From NCBI GenBank assembly GCA_013239625.1, contig MU054187.1, positions 18,406,711-18,470,710 on the forward strand: 64,000 bases of DNA, given 5' to 3'. Position 1 is the stretch's first letter, and the number at the start of each line of letters is the position of its first letter. This document shows, one piece after another, positions 38,854 to 50,664 of the stretch. The notes below the pieces were generated by a model, which made no database searches, was not told where the DNA came from, and saw only the letters and a list, made by a program, of their open reading frames with translations. This stretch comes from Lama guanicoe (Eukaryota). A program made the translations under genes and the position numbers.

Positions 38854-38902
38854 CATCTATGCAGTTTACTCAAAGAAAACTCTCAGATCCTTCTTCACAA
38901 TC
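38854..38902 (-). pseudogene. Pseudo-exon 8 (49 bp, probable 1-bp frameshift)
   Basis: Acceptor gtgtgtgtcttAG, donor ATG|GTGAGT; RIVKKDLRVFFE-fs-NCIDG. Confidence 0.55.
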
Positions 38903-38926
38903 CTAAGACACACACGTGCACATGTG

Positions 38927-38929
<3 letters not shown>

Positions 38930-38961
<32 letters not shown>
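38930..38961 (+). repeat. (GT)n microsatellite
   Basis: Directly visible. Confidence 0.97.
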
Positions 38962-38964
<3 letters not shown>

Positions 38965-40378
38965 CTGGTCTTCTATGCCCCCAGCAAACATTGCAGATTA
39001 GAAGTAGGGTAAAAGAATTTCTCAAGATGAATACATTGATAGTAAGAAGTGGGAGACAATGGCCTGATATAAAGCAGGGAGAGAGTCAGTTTAAAAGTTT
39101 ACAAAATAACTTCAGAATCACAGAAACCTAGGACCTTTTATAGCCCCCAAAAGACCCTCGGGGCCCTACTCTATAGCAGCAGAGCACAAACCCTTGTTCA
39201 CTCTAATGATCCCAAGACATCAAGAAAAAGTTAGATCATGTTCTATTTCCTCTGTTTAAGAAGATACTAGCCAGTGTATTTTAGAAAGATTCCCATTCAA
39301 AGCGTTAAAATTAAAGATATTTCCATCCTGAAAGTGGCAAATCCTTATCTTTCCAGAACTCTCATTTATTCAAAACTACTCTTTCTCCAAAGTTTCTGGA
39401 TAAGTAAGGTTTGTCTAAGGAGGAAAGACTGGGGATGGGAGGCGGAGGAGGAACAGCTGTTTTGAGTTAAACAAGAAGCATGTTAATGACAGCACAGAAG
39501 TCAGAGAGATACTCAGGTTTAGCCTGCTGGTCAGAGAAGCCATGGGCTAAATGGCTGAATGAAAACAATCACTCAAGGTCTGCGACACTCAGTGGAGGGA
39601 GATTGGGAAGACAGCTCTGACGAATGAGGTATCTGAGGCATAAAACCATCCTCCCCAAGCCTTCAGCCCAGGGCTGGAGTACAAAGTGGGAGACATGCAC
39701 ATACACTGGGGAAGCAGGGTGTGGAAACAGCCCAGCCTGCCTCGCCAACATCTGGGCTTTACAGAGAGTATCTACTGAGAAAGGTGATACCCTGCACTAC
39801 AGATGGGCACGGCGGGGACAAGAGAGGAGAAAAAGATGTTTTTAGCTGGAATATTCATGGTAAACACAAATGTCATGATTACTATGAACATTACAGGCAC
39901 CAGAGACACTAAGGAAAAAACTAATAAGTCATTTGATCTTTAGGAGGGTTCCTATGAGGGGTCAGCAGGTCGTGGCAGAAACTACCAGTTAATTATCTCC
40001 TCGTGTCTCTAAGTCAGCAGGATGCCTCTAGCCAGAGAGAGTCAGCCTCTCTGCAAGGAGACCCTGAGCTTCCTGGGGCCCATGGGGAAGTCAGGAAAGT
40101 GGAGGAGGAGTCCCAGCACTAACCTGCTTGAGGAGAGGACAGAAACTGGCACCAGGTCCCCCCACGTCTGCACCCAGCTTACCTCTCACCCCTGCACCTC
40201 CATCCCGTAGACCCTGCAAACTTCCCTGCCCCCAGGCTCCTACTGAGGAGGGAACTGTCTCCACTGAAGTGAGGCAGAGACTGGGCTGTCCCTGGTTTAG
40301 AAGTGGAGACACGTATGAGGAACACGATCAGAATCAAAAACCACTCTCATCAGAACACACCCTAAATTCAACTCTCAC

Positions 40379-40478
40379 CTTCTCCTGAGCCACTCAAGAG
40401 AGGCAGCCACGTTTAGGACTTTGAAACATAAATCCTTCAAATATTTTTCTAGTTCTGTGTCACACCATATAATTTATG
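40379..40478 (-). pseudogene. Pseudo-exon 7 (100 bp)
   Basis: Acceptor ttttatttcctataatttacAG, donor AAG|GTGAGA; best frame x*IIWCDTELEKYLKDLCFKVLNVAASLEWLRR resembles the RNB helix LxxLAxxLRxxR; phase conflict with exon 6 implies a frameshift. Confidence 0.62.
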
Positions 40479-42134
40479 CTGTAAATTATAGGAAATAAAA
40501 TACACAATTAAATATATACATATTTTTAAAGTTGGAAGATCATGGCCACCAACTATCCCTTGTATGTGAAGAACTCCTATAGCCAGCTCTCCCCTTGGCT
40601 GTGGACCCGTATTTCCAACTGCCTCTTGGATGCCTCCACCTGGATATCCTACACCTTCTCAGTTCTTTATACTTGAATTTGCTTCCATCCCAAAGAAGGC
40701 CTGTTGTCACCTTTTCTGCCCAGCAAGTGCTTGAGATAAGACTGGTAGGCTGGTTTATTATAAACACCTCCGTCCCACTGCACCAGAGAGGCAGATCGGC
40801 ACTGGCTGATTCTCACGGATGTGAGTGTACAGGATGTAGGATTCAGGGAGCAGCGCAGACCTGTCAGACATGTGTGCACTACAGTCTTAACATCCGCAAT
40901 TCTCCTGAACCATGAGTACTTGAGGTAAAGGGTAATAAGACGGCGGGAGCCCAGAACAGGCACTGATGACAGTTTTTATCACTGATAAACTCATTTAGGT
41001 ATGCGGCCCCAGGGGTTTTCCTTGACATAAATAAGGCCTAAGATCATTTGGCACTGGGTCCCGCCTCTCCCTTCTGGGCCCTTTGCCCTGAGGGTAGAAA
41101 CTTGCCTGCTCACTCGGATTCCCCTTCTGAAAACGCTCTTGCCCACAGTCTTTCCTCATTGACTCATAGCGGAACCTGAAAGGCACATCAGAGATCATCT
41201 AGCTTGGTCTCTTTGTGTGCAGATGAGGTCATGGAAATTGAAAGCTTTGCCCATGGTCACAGAGATCCAGGCGCAGAGCTGTGACTGGAACTAAGATCCT
41301 CTGCTGTGTTCCACTCTCCTTTCTACTTTCACAGGCACACAATGACAACTCAAGTCAGTGCCCTTCCCAGGGATATTTACAATGTAACAAGGTTCAAAGA
41401 ATCAAGCTGCCCCAGCTCTGAGGGCAGAACATAAGGGACTGAGCACCAAGCAGAACAGGTGTTTACAGGCTAGTTATTCATGTGACTTCCTAGTCTAGAA
41501 TGCATCTCTTTCAACATCCCAGAGGTCTGATGTTTACACAAAGCTTCCTTGTCTTTTAAACTCCATTCAATAGCAATGCCTTCACAGCTGGAGACGAAAA
41601 CACCCGAAGTGACGACAGTGCGCTGCTCCACAGTCTGCCTGTCCGTGAGATTCAGCATGTAATCTGGGCTTTCCTCCCATACGAGCAGTAATTACATTAT
41701 TTCCCCCAAAGAAAATGGAGGCTAATACAAATCTCATTTCCTTTTCCGGTTGTTCCTGGTATTTTTTTTTTGCCAAGTGAGGGATTACTTAGCTACAAAT
41801 TAAGAGCAAGAGGAGGGACAAAAGGTATGGGTTGCGGTCATGGACATGGGCTTGGACCCAGGAGATGTCTATGTTTCCTCACTTTAGTGATTGTCAAGCC
41901 ATTTCCCCGGGGCAGCCTGATTAGACTGCGGGAGAGCCAACATGCCGAATAGTAAGTGTTGCTTCTTGAACGTTATCTCACTCTCTTCTCACATCCCCGT
42001 CCTTTCTTCCTTAAAGATTGGAAATAGCTTCACCATTTCCATTTACCGCCACTCCTAACTTCCCCTCTTCCTTCCCATTCTTAGCAAATGCAAAAACTAT
42101 CCATCCTGAACCTAGTATATCACAGGTATTACTG

Positions 42135-42570
42135 AAACGGCTACAAATAGTGATTTCAACTATACCACATTCTGGAAAAGGCAAAACTATGACGGTAGTA
42201 AAAATATCAGTGGTTGTAAGGAGTAAAGAGGGAATTGGGGATGAATAAGCAAAGGCCAGAGGATTTTTAGGACAGCGACACTACTCTGCATGATACAATA
42301 ACGGGGGATACAGGTCACTGTACATTTGTCAAAACCAACAGAATGCACCACACCAAGAGTGAACCATAATGTAAACTTGTGGACTTTGGGTGGTAATAAT
42401 GTGTCAGTGTTGATTCATCACTTGCAGCAAACAGCCCTCTGGTGTGGGATTTTGATAATGGGGAGGCTGTGCCTACATGGGGCCGGGCCTCATGGGAAAT
42501 CTCTGTACCTTCCCCCCAGTTTTGCTATAAACCTAAAACTTCTCTAAAATGTGGAGTCTATTTTAAAAAC
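42135..42570 (+). mobile_element. L1MC1/2-type 3' end
   Basis: ACATTCTGGAAAAGGCAAAACTAT...GGGAAATCTCTGTACCTTCC...CCTAAAACT. Confidence 0.85.
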
Positions 42571-42584
42571 GAGAAAGTGAACAG

Positions 42585-43035
42585 TTACCATTTGTAATAG
42601 TGTAAAGAAACATGAAACACTTAGGGACAAAACTAATAACATAAGTATAACATTTGTATTCTGAAAACTACAAAAACATTCCTAAGCGAAAGGAGATTTA
42701 GCGAAATTAATCAAGCCGTGGTCATGATCTGAATGATCAGTATTGATATCAGTGTTCCCCCTAATGGATTTATAGTTTTAGATCAGTTATTCCACTGAAA
42801 ACCCCAACAAGTCTTGGGTAGAAAAAGACAAATTGATTCTAAAATGTATATGGAAATGGAAAGGTCCTAGAATGGCCAAAACAAATTTTAAAAAGAAGAA
42901 CAAAATTAGTAGAAGACTTATATTACTTGGTTTCAAACCTTACTATAAATCTACAGTCATCACGACAGTGTGGTGCTCGTGTCATCACAGACACGTAGGT
43001 CATTGCAATAGAAAAGAGAGCCCAGAAGTAAAGCC
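42585..43035 (+). mobile_element. Old L1 ORF2 fragment
   Basis: ORF 42833-43054 ILKCIWKWKGPRMAKT...KPYYKSTVITTVW matches L1 ORF2 LKFIWNQKRARIAK...YYKATVTKTAW. Confidence 0.85.
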
Positions 43036-43334
43036 AGGTTTGAAATGCCCATAAGGCACCAGGATGCCTTTTAGTTCCAAAAGGTTTTATGTAAGTAAAG
43101 ACTGGATGGAGCCATGTCTTCAGCTCTTCGAGAACCAAGGTCCCTGCAATACTGTATTTCTGAATCCAGAGACAGAGAACTCATGGGTCCCAAAAGGTGT
43201 AATAAGTAAAGATTGACTCTGGAAGGATGTTTACTTGGCATCAAAGATGAAACAAAAGTGAGAGTAGGCAAGGTTCACTAATAGTTGAATTTCATCCAGA
43301 TGTCAAGTTGTAGCCTTTTCTTTACACTTTGTTC

Positions 43335-43430
43335 TAAACTGAGCTAATTTGCTAATAAATGTTTATACTTTGTATTAGTAATTACCTAATTTTAATTGCC
43401 AATTTCTGTAAGCTGTAGACAAGCGTCCTA
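43335..43430 (+). repeat. Second, more degraded MER121-like core
   Basis: TAATTACCTAATTTTAATTGCCAATT...TAGACAAGCG aligns to the reverse complement of 58609-58650. Confidence 0.38.
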
Positions 43431-43739
43431 AAAGGACTGTCTTTGCTTTCTTCAGTTCTGTACCTTCCCATCTGGTCCTTATCCCCCTGCATCCTTCTGC
43501 CCCATCATTCTATGAAAATTCCTTCATTAAAGTCACCAGAGAGTAAGCCAATGGTTCTGAAAATATGGTCTGCAAACCCTAGAAGAAAGTGTGGAGGGTT
43601 TAGGGGAGTCAAGGGCCAGATTCCTTCAGAGAGCCTTCTAAAAAGAAAAAAAGAGAGAGAAAGTAATTCAAGACTAAAAAAGGGGAAATTTTTCTAAAAC
43701 AACTTTTAAAAACTATCCTTAAAATCTTCCAATGGTTAA

Positions 43740-44850
43740 AATATATATATATCACATTTGTGAAACAGGAATGGAATAATTTTTAAAAAAGAAAAAAGGA
43801 AAGAAACTTTCAGAAAACACAAAAAAATGTAGTTTTTAAAAATTTTTTAAATGCAGAATTAAAAACTCTGTGGAAAATTTAGGTGGTAAAGTTGTGTAAA
43901 CCTCCCAGAGAATAATGCAAAAAATGAAGAGATGGAGGATGGGGGCACGGGAGAGAAAAAAATCAGCAGATCAATCCAGGAGGTATAATAATGCAAAAAA
44001 TAAAAGTTCTAGAGTAAGAGACCAGTAGAAACAAAGCAGAGAAAAACGATGAAAGAAGTAACTTGAAAATTTACCTGAGATTCTACATGGAAAGGATGAT
44101 GAGTGAAAATAAATACACACAGAGGCATATCATAGTTCAATTTAGACTGAGGACAAAGATTTTACAAATGAGAAGGCAAGGAGAGAGAGACTAAGAGACA
44201 GAGAGAGCAGTTCATCTACTGATGATCACAAATCAAAATGCCTTCACATTTCTCAACAGAAAATGCGAGCCACCCAAGACAATGATGACTTTGAAATTAT
44301 TTCTCACCTTGGTGAAGAACAACCAAATGTGAAAATAGAATAAACATTTTTAAAAATACACATGTTATGAGTTAAATGTTGGTGTTCTCCCAAATTCATA
44401 TGTTGAACCCCCAATGTGGCTGTATTGGGAGATGGGGCCCTAAGGAAGTAATTAAGGCTAAGTGGGGTCATAAGGGTGGAGCTGATCTGATAGTGTTAGT
44501 GGCCTTATGAGATGAGACACCAGAGAGCTTGCTCCCACTCTGTCTCCGAGAACACGTGTGGAGGAAAGGCCACGTGTGGACGCAGCAAGAAGGCAGCTGC
44601 CTGTAAGCCAGGAGGAGAGCCCTCTCCAGGAACAGAGCTGACTGGCTCTCTGATATGGGACTTCAAGCCTCCAAAACTGTCAGAAAATAAATTTCTGTTG
44701 TTTAAGCCCCCTCGTCTGTGATATTTTGTTATGACAGCCAAAGCTGACTAATATAACACTAAAATTTAGTTCTCACACGTCTTTTCTCGGGAAGCTACTA
44801 GAAAATGTGCTGAAACAAAGCAAGAGAGCAAAATGAGAAAGTGGGGGAAA
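43740..44850 (+). mobile_element. HAL1/L1 ORF1-like remnant interrupted by an MLT1 LTR
   Basis: A-rich degenerate ORF1-like sequence (GATCAATCCAGGAGG; TTTCTCGGGAAGCTACTAGAAAATGTGC). Confidence 0.6.
44363..44755 (+). mobile_element. MaLR solo LTR (MLT1A-like), full length
   Basis: TGTTATG...CAAATTCATATGTTGAA start, AATAAATTTCTGTTGTTTAAGCC, ends GACTAATATA; TSD ACACA/ACACT. Confidence 0.9.
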
Positions 44851-45800
44851 ATGCAAATCAAAACCACCATGAACCTCACACCTGTCAGAACGACTATCAC
44901 CAAAAAGACAAGAAATCAGTGTTGGAGAGGATGTGGGAAAAAGGGAACCCTCGTGCATTGTTGGTGGAAATGTAAATTGGTGTAACCACTATGGAAACCA
45001 ATGTGGAGATTCCTCTAGAAATTAAAAATAGAGCTACTGTAGAGTAGCTTCAGAGTATTTTTCTGAAGAAAACAAAAAAAGAAATTTAAAAAGATCTATG
45101 CACCCCTATGTTCACTGCAGCATTACTTACAATAGCCAAGATATGGAAGCAGCGTAAATGTCCATTAATAGATGAGTGGAAAAAGAAGATGTGGTATATA
45201 TGTATACATATATATATATGTGTGTATATATATATATAAATTATATATAGTATATATATATTAGCAATTACCTAATTTTAATTGCCACATACACATACAT
45301 ATAATAGAACATTACTCAACCATAAAAAGAAACGAAATCTTGCCATTTGTGACAACATGGGTGGACCTAGAGGGTATTGTGCTAAGTGAAATAAGTCAGA
45401 CAGAGAAAGACAAATATTATATGATTTTACTTATACCTGAAATCTAAAAAAATAAAACCAATGAACAAACATAACAAAACAGGAACAGAGCCATAGACAC
45501 AGAGAACAAACAGGTAGTTGCCAGAGGGGAAGTGGGGGGATGAGTGAAATAGGTAAGGGAGATTAAGAGGTACAAACTCCCAGTTGTAAAATAAACAAGT
45601 CACTGGGAGATAATGCACAACGCAGGGAATATTGTCAATAAGATCATAATAACTTTGTGTGGTGACAGATGGTAACCAGACCTAGTATGGTGATTGTTTT
45701 GTAATGCATAAACATATTGAATCACTATGTTGCACACCTGAAACTAACATAACATCGTTAGTCAATAATATTTCAACTAAAAACACAAAAACAAACCAAA
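44845..45800 (+). mobile_element. L1 (L1MA-type) ORF2 end and 3' UTR with internal (TA)n
   Basis: GAAATGCAAATCAAAACCAC-like start...GATTAAGAGGTACAAACT...CACCTGAAACTAAC. Confidence 0.9.
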
Positions 45801-46094
45801 CAATCAGACTAGAATAGCAACACATAGCCACACCCACCCACCCACCCACACACACACAGCTCTCCGGACCTTTAAACTGAAGTGTCCGCTGTCTTGGATG
45901 CTGTTATTCCACCTCCAGCCCCATCACCCCAGGGACCCCCTCTGAAGAACCATTCTCTCCCTCTTCAAGCTCAGCTCAGAGGTAGCATCCCCTGTGAAGC
46001 CCTTTCTGAGCCTACTGGCTGAGCTGGTTGCTCTCCTCCGTGTTCCCATAGCTTTGTGTGTTTCCTCCCTTAATCCACAGCGATCGCTTTGATG

Positions 46095-46696
46095 ACAGCA
46101 GCCTCTAGCTGCCAGCCCAGGAGCTCCCTATAGGGAGTTGCCCTGTGTGCCTCTCCCATGAAGTTTATGTTGCTAGATGGCTAGCCCCTTGGCCACAGTG
46201 GATGGGACCACACAAGCCTCAGGTCAGGGAGATTCCATCTATAGGTGGCCTATAAGTGGGCTGGAATAAAAAGTTGGCCCCACAGAGATGAGATGGTTTT
46301 ACTGGACGTGGAGCACCAGATTGGGCACTGGGTATCAGAATAAGAAGCTGAAAGAAGACAGTGTTCAGATCTCCTGAGACAGTCAAAAGAAGTTATTAGT
46401 AAACAGCCAGGATGAGGAAGTAGGAGCCATGAGGTGGAGAAAAGAGCGCAAGTGAAATGAGATTATGGAACAGAAGTGGGAGAAGCGGAGGGCAACTGTC
46501 ACCCCAGCAAGTGTCTCAATGACGTGGTTATAAAAGCTGCCTGGGATCCTGTCCCTCTTTCCCATTTTCACACAGCATTCCAACTTCCCAGAGGCCTGCA
46601 GCTGAAGCTGTTCCTGGTTCCATGTGATTCCCCTTGTCCGTATATGAGATATTTAAGTGGCACTCTGCTCCTCACTACCGAAAAAACCTAACAGAC
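46095..46696 (+). mobile_element. Probable very old MaLR LTR within L2 remnants
   Basis: CCCCTTGGCCACAGTGGATGGG; MLT1-like end; strongly degraded. Confidence 0.4.
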
Positions 46697-46886
46697 ACCA
46701 CCTCTCTGGGCATTTCCCTCCCCGCGTTGTCATTCTCTGCTTGTCCATCTCACCGCCCAGACTAGAAGCTTGCTGAGGGCAGTTTTCTGTTACAATTCTG
46801 TGTGCATAATACTTAACACAGCGCCTGACCACAGCAGAGGTGGACAGTTGCTGTTTGAGTAAAAGGATACACGACTAACGTCTTAC

Positions 46887-47123
46887 AAGCGTATCTGAGT
46901 CCATGTTGTTGGTTTCACACAGAAACTTCCCAAAGAGCAGGAACTGACTGTTACTCACTCCTCGGGACCGTGTCTGGTAGGGAACCAAATGCAAATGGGC
47001 TCAGGAAGAACACCTCCCGGGGCTAACGATCCCCCAAAGTACCTGCCAAGAATGCGGAAGGATTAGGAAGCTGACACCTGTGCTGGGATCCAAATCTCCC
47101 TGCTGGGTTGTGTACCTCCGAGC
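46887..47123 (-). pseudogene. Pseudo-exon 6 (237 bp, phase 0->0, compensated +1/-1 frameshifts)
   Basis: Acceptor cctttaacctttcattAG, donor CTT|GTAAGA; ARRYTTQQGDLDPSTGVSFLILPHSWQVLW/GSLAPGGVLPEPICIWF/...SNSQFLLFGKFLCETNNMDSDTL matches RNB AxxRxTS...MLP-x8-SLxP...IW...FGR. Confidence 0.72.
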
Positions 47124-47696
47124 CTAATGAAAGGTTAAAGGAGTGTTGTGTGGATTTTATAGGAATCAAAAGTACATGCAATTCTTCTGAAGGCTTGCTG
47201 ATTACTCTCAGTGCATTGTGTTTTCATTTTGATCTCTGGAAAATATCAGGAACAAGGAAAGGACTGCCCCCCACCCCGGCAACCCCCGGCTCCATAGAAA
47301 ACAACAGTATTCAAATAATACAAACATCTTGGATCGACCCTCTTTTGAAAATAAGAACTGCCTCGCCCTCCCAGCAGGCTCAAAGTCTGCACAGTTTGTC
47401 CGCCAAGAGAGTGGGACTTGGCAGCACTCCTTGTAAACTTCAACCGCAGGAGGCCTCTGATTGAATTGAAATTGTTTCCTCCGGTTAGATTTTGTTGGTG
47501 GTACACCCGCCTCAGGATGTGAATTCATCGTGTTTGCTGTGAGGTGAGACTGGGGCGGTGGGAAAGGCATGTCAGAGTGAATGTGAGTGTCTGTGTGAGT
47601 GTGAGTGTGTGTGTGTGTGTGTGTGTCCCCATCCATTTACTCCTTAACGTCCCTAATAAAGGCACTGACACTACCCAAAAGAATTCTGGGAGATTG

Positions 47697-48079
47697 ATAA
47701 GTCAGACAGAGAAAGACAAATATTGTAAGTTATCACTTATATGTGAAATCTAAAAAAAAAAATATACAACTAACTAGTGAATGTAACAGAAAGGAAACAG
47801 ACTTACAGATGTAGAGAAGGAACTAGTGGTACCAATGGGGAGAAGGAAGGGGGAGGGGCAAGATGGAGGGGGAGGATTAAGAGGTACAAACTACAGGTAC
47901 AAAATAAGCTACGAGGATGTACCGTGCAACATGGGGAATGTGGCCAATATTTTATAACAACTATAAATGGAGTATAACTTTAAAAATTTGTGCATCATTA
48001 TATTGTATACCTGTAACATATAATATTGTACATCAACTATACTTCAATTTAAAAAATATGATAGTGTAAAATTAAAAAA
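47697..48079 (+). mobile_element. L1 3' UTR
   Basis: Perfect 20-bp TSD AAAAGAATTCTGGGAGATTG (47677-47696 and 48080-48099). Confidence 0.92.
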
Positions 48080-48220
48080 AAAAGAATTCTGGGAGATTGT
48101 CTACATTTACATTCTTATTTATCCTCAATGTCTTTTAAAATGATTGGAATTTAGTTAATGACAATAAAGAAATTGGAAAATGGAAATGGTAAAATTGGCA
48201 GTGAATCTTCCACAACTCAC

Positions 48221-48328
48221 TAACCCAGCTTCCCTGACCTTTGGGGAGCCAGGGACACTCAAAGGCAGGAAGGCCACGTCCCATGGCTTCACAGGGTAGA
48301 GGGAGCCAGGAAGGAGCACAGGTTGGGG
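48221..48328 (-). pseudogene. Pseudo-exon 5 (108 bp, phase 0->0)
   Basis: Acceptor gttttcttacAG, donor TTA|GTGAGT; open frame PQPVLLPGSLYPVKPWDVAFLPLSVPGSPKVREAGL resembles RNB ADVSxFVxxxSxLDxEA. Confidence 0.68.
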
Positions 48329-48421
48329 CTGTAAGAAAACTGCACCTTGACATTCAGTGGACCAGCATCTCTGCTTGTTGTTTTTTAAAGGAAATCCTGC
48401 CATCTAAATAAGGGCACTCTG

Positions 48422-49184
48422 TTTTTTTGTTGTTGTTGTTGTTATGGTAAAAAAAAACCCACATGAACAAATTTGACGTTTCAACCAAGTATCCACTGGT
48501 ACAATTCATGTTGTACAACAGATCTCTGCTACTTTTTAACCATACAACACTGAAACTCTATACCTTTCTAATTCCTTCTTCTTCCTCCCACTGGCTCTTG
48601 GCAACCACCTTTTTTCTTTCTGTTTTCAATGCTTTTGACTACTTTAGATGCTTCCAGTGAGTAGAATCATATAGTATTTGTCCTTCTGTCACTGGCTTAT
48701 TTGACTTAGCATAACTTCCTCAAGATTCATCTGTGTTGTGCCCTGTGGTAGGATTTCCAACTTTTTTAAGGCTACATAATGTTCCATTGTGTGTGTGTGT
48801 GTGTGTACACATAACACACACTACCTTTTCTTTATCTATTTGTATGTGGGTGGGCATTTGGGTTGCTTCCACCTCTTGGCCATTGGGCATAACGTTGCAA
48901 TGAACACAGGTGAGCAAATACCCCTTTAAGATCCTGCTTTGGGTTCTTTTGGATATAAATCCAGAGACGGCATTGCTGGATTTTATGATAGTCCCATTTT
49001 TAATTTTTAATTTTTAGAGGAACTGCCATACTATTTTCCAGGGTGGCTGCATCATTGTACATTCCTACCAACAGAGCACAAGGCTTCCAGCTTCCCCACA
49101 TCCTCATCAACACGTGTTACTTTCTGTTCTTTCGGCAGTGGCCACGCTGGAACACGTGGGGTGCTGTCTCACGGTGGTTTTGAC
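48422..49184 (-). mobile_element. L1MB-type fragment
   Basis: GGGTTGCTTCCACCTCTTGGC...TACATTCCTACCAACAG L1-antisense sequence. Confidence 0.85.
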
Positions 49185-49340
49185 TAGGACCCTCTATTAT
49201 ACATGAGCAAACTAAAGCCCGCACTGGAGGAGTGGGGAGGATTTTCTCCCTGGTCACTAGATCTAGGACCTGAACTTCTACACGAGCAGGTACGTCAGCC
49301 TAAGTCAGTCCTCACAGCGATCTCACCCTGTGCTTCTAAC

Positions 49341-49423
49341 AAGCGCTCCCAGGGTGTTAGCAGCGCTCCTGGGAGTAATTGAAGCCACAAGATAAATGTG
49401 ATGTCTCTTCCAGTTCATCAGTT
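49341..49423 (-). pseudogene. Pseudo-exon 4, position of the RNB catalytic motif (alternative end 49327)
   Basis: Acceptor actttccattgactAG; reads LMNWKRHHIYLVASITPRSAANTLGAL, same spacing as IFTIDPxxAxDLDDAL but without Asp; donor GTTAGA (weak, phase 0) or GTGAGA at 49326. Confidence 0.4.
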
Positions 49424-49931
49424 CTAGTCAATGGAAAGTAATTTAAATCTTTGTTTTTATATTAAAACAAAAGCCAATATATTAGAAAATATAATACAAA
49501 ATGTGCATGTATTTAAGAGATAAAACATGGGACTATATGGAACTTTCTGGAAACATCTGCAGTGGGCAGCTTTAAGCCACACCCAGGACAACCCAGGGAG
49601 GTATGAGCTCTCTCTCTGCTATCAGAAAACTGTAGTGGAAGGTTTGAAAAGGACCAGCATAGTCCACGGAGTGCCATGAACATGTTTTTCTTTTCTTATT
49701 TGGGTATAGAATTTGGGGAGTGGAAAAAAACATTACAGAACATCTTAACCCCCACTGTCATTTTACAAATGAGGAAAGAGAGGCACCGAGAGGGGAAAGG
49801 CTGTGCTCACGTTCCCACAGCCGGGCTTCCATGTTCCCCAGCCAACGAGGATGTGCCTGATCACGGCTTAGAGAATTTCATTTACTGAGAGAAACGAGTC
49901 ACTGGCATGGAGGGACTGCAAGTGTACTCAC

Positions 49932-50003
49932 GCTGCAACTCAGATAAGCAGAGAAAATTTGCTGATTTTTTGCTCTGCATTTGATTTGACTTGGCCCCAT
50001 CAG
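49932..50003 (-). pseudogene. Pseudo-exon 3 (72 bp; frame ambiguous)
   Basis: Strong acceptor gttgttttctcacatcctAG and donor AGC|GTGAGT; open in two frames (LMGPSQIKCRAKNQQIFSAYLSCS or xDGAKSNQMQSKKSANFLCLSELQ). Confidence 0.5.
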
Positions 50004-50664
50004 CTAGGATGTGAGAAAACAACAGCTGAATCTCTATCTTAAACTTCAATAAAGTGCAATACATTCAGACAGTTCATTGGGTGATGCTCTCTCATTTAAA
50101 TCTCTCCTCCCTCAGTCCTCTCCAGAAAGGCAGCTAGGTGTTCCGAGCATCCCAGTGACCTCACGGAGGCCGGGTGACTGGGTCTTGGGCCTGGCCTGCT
50201 GTTCTCTGGACCAGCTGCAGAGTGGCTCTTCTGAACTCCACCGGGGAATCTTTGGCTTCAGTGGTTCCTGAGTGTTCAGCTGGTGTCTGTTGCTAGCATC
50301 CTGCAGCTGATAAACTCTATTCTTTGTCAGTTCATTCAGGGCATGGGGCCCCTCCCTTCTGACTCGGCCTCCCCTTGGCTTTCATTGGTGATTAACCCCT
50401 CTGAGTTGCTGCCCCATCCTCCATCTGGTCTTCTAGCCCTGCAGTCCCCAGCCCCACCGAGTCTTTGCTGCAAGGCCACCGCACCTCCCCAACAGCAGGC
50501 CCCCGAGTGGACATCCTCACTCCCAATATCTGTGTCACCTGCAAGCCAAGAGCAGCTCCGAGATGGACCAAAAAACCCTCTCCATCTCACCACACTCCCC
50601 TATCGGTTCTGTCTCTCTGGAGACCCCTTACTAACCCAGAAGCCTATTGAATTCTTACTTGACC

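Noticed and set aside
41470..41590. Minus-strand segment CEGIAIEWSLKDK as an RNB exon
   Set aside because: No convincing donor, and the IW motif is already present in exon 6.
47176..47235. Extra minus-strand exon IKMKTQCTESNQQAFRRIA before exon 6
   Set aside because: It would leave a 52-bp intron with the wrong phase; exon 5 already supplies the expected motif.
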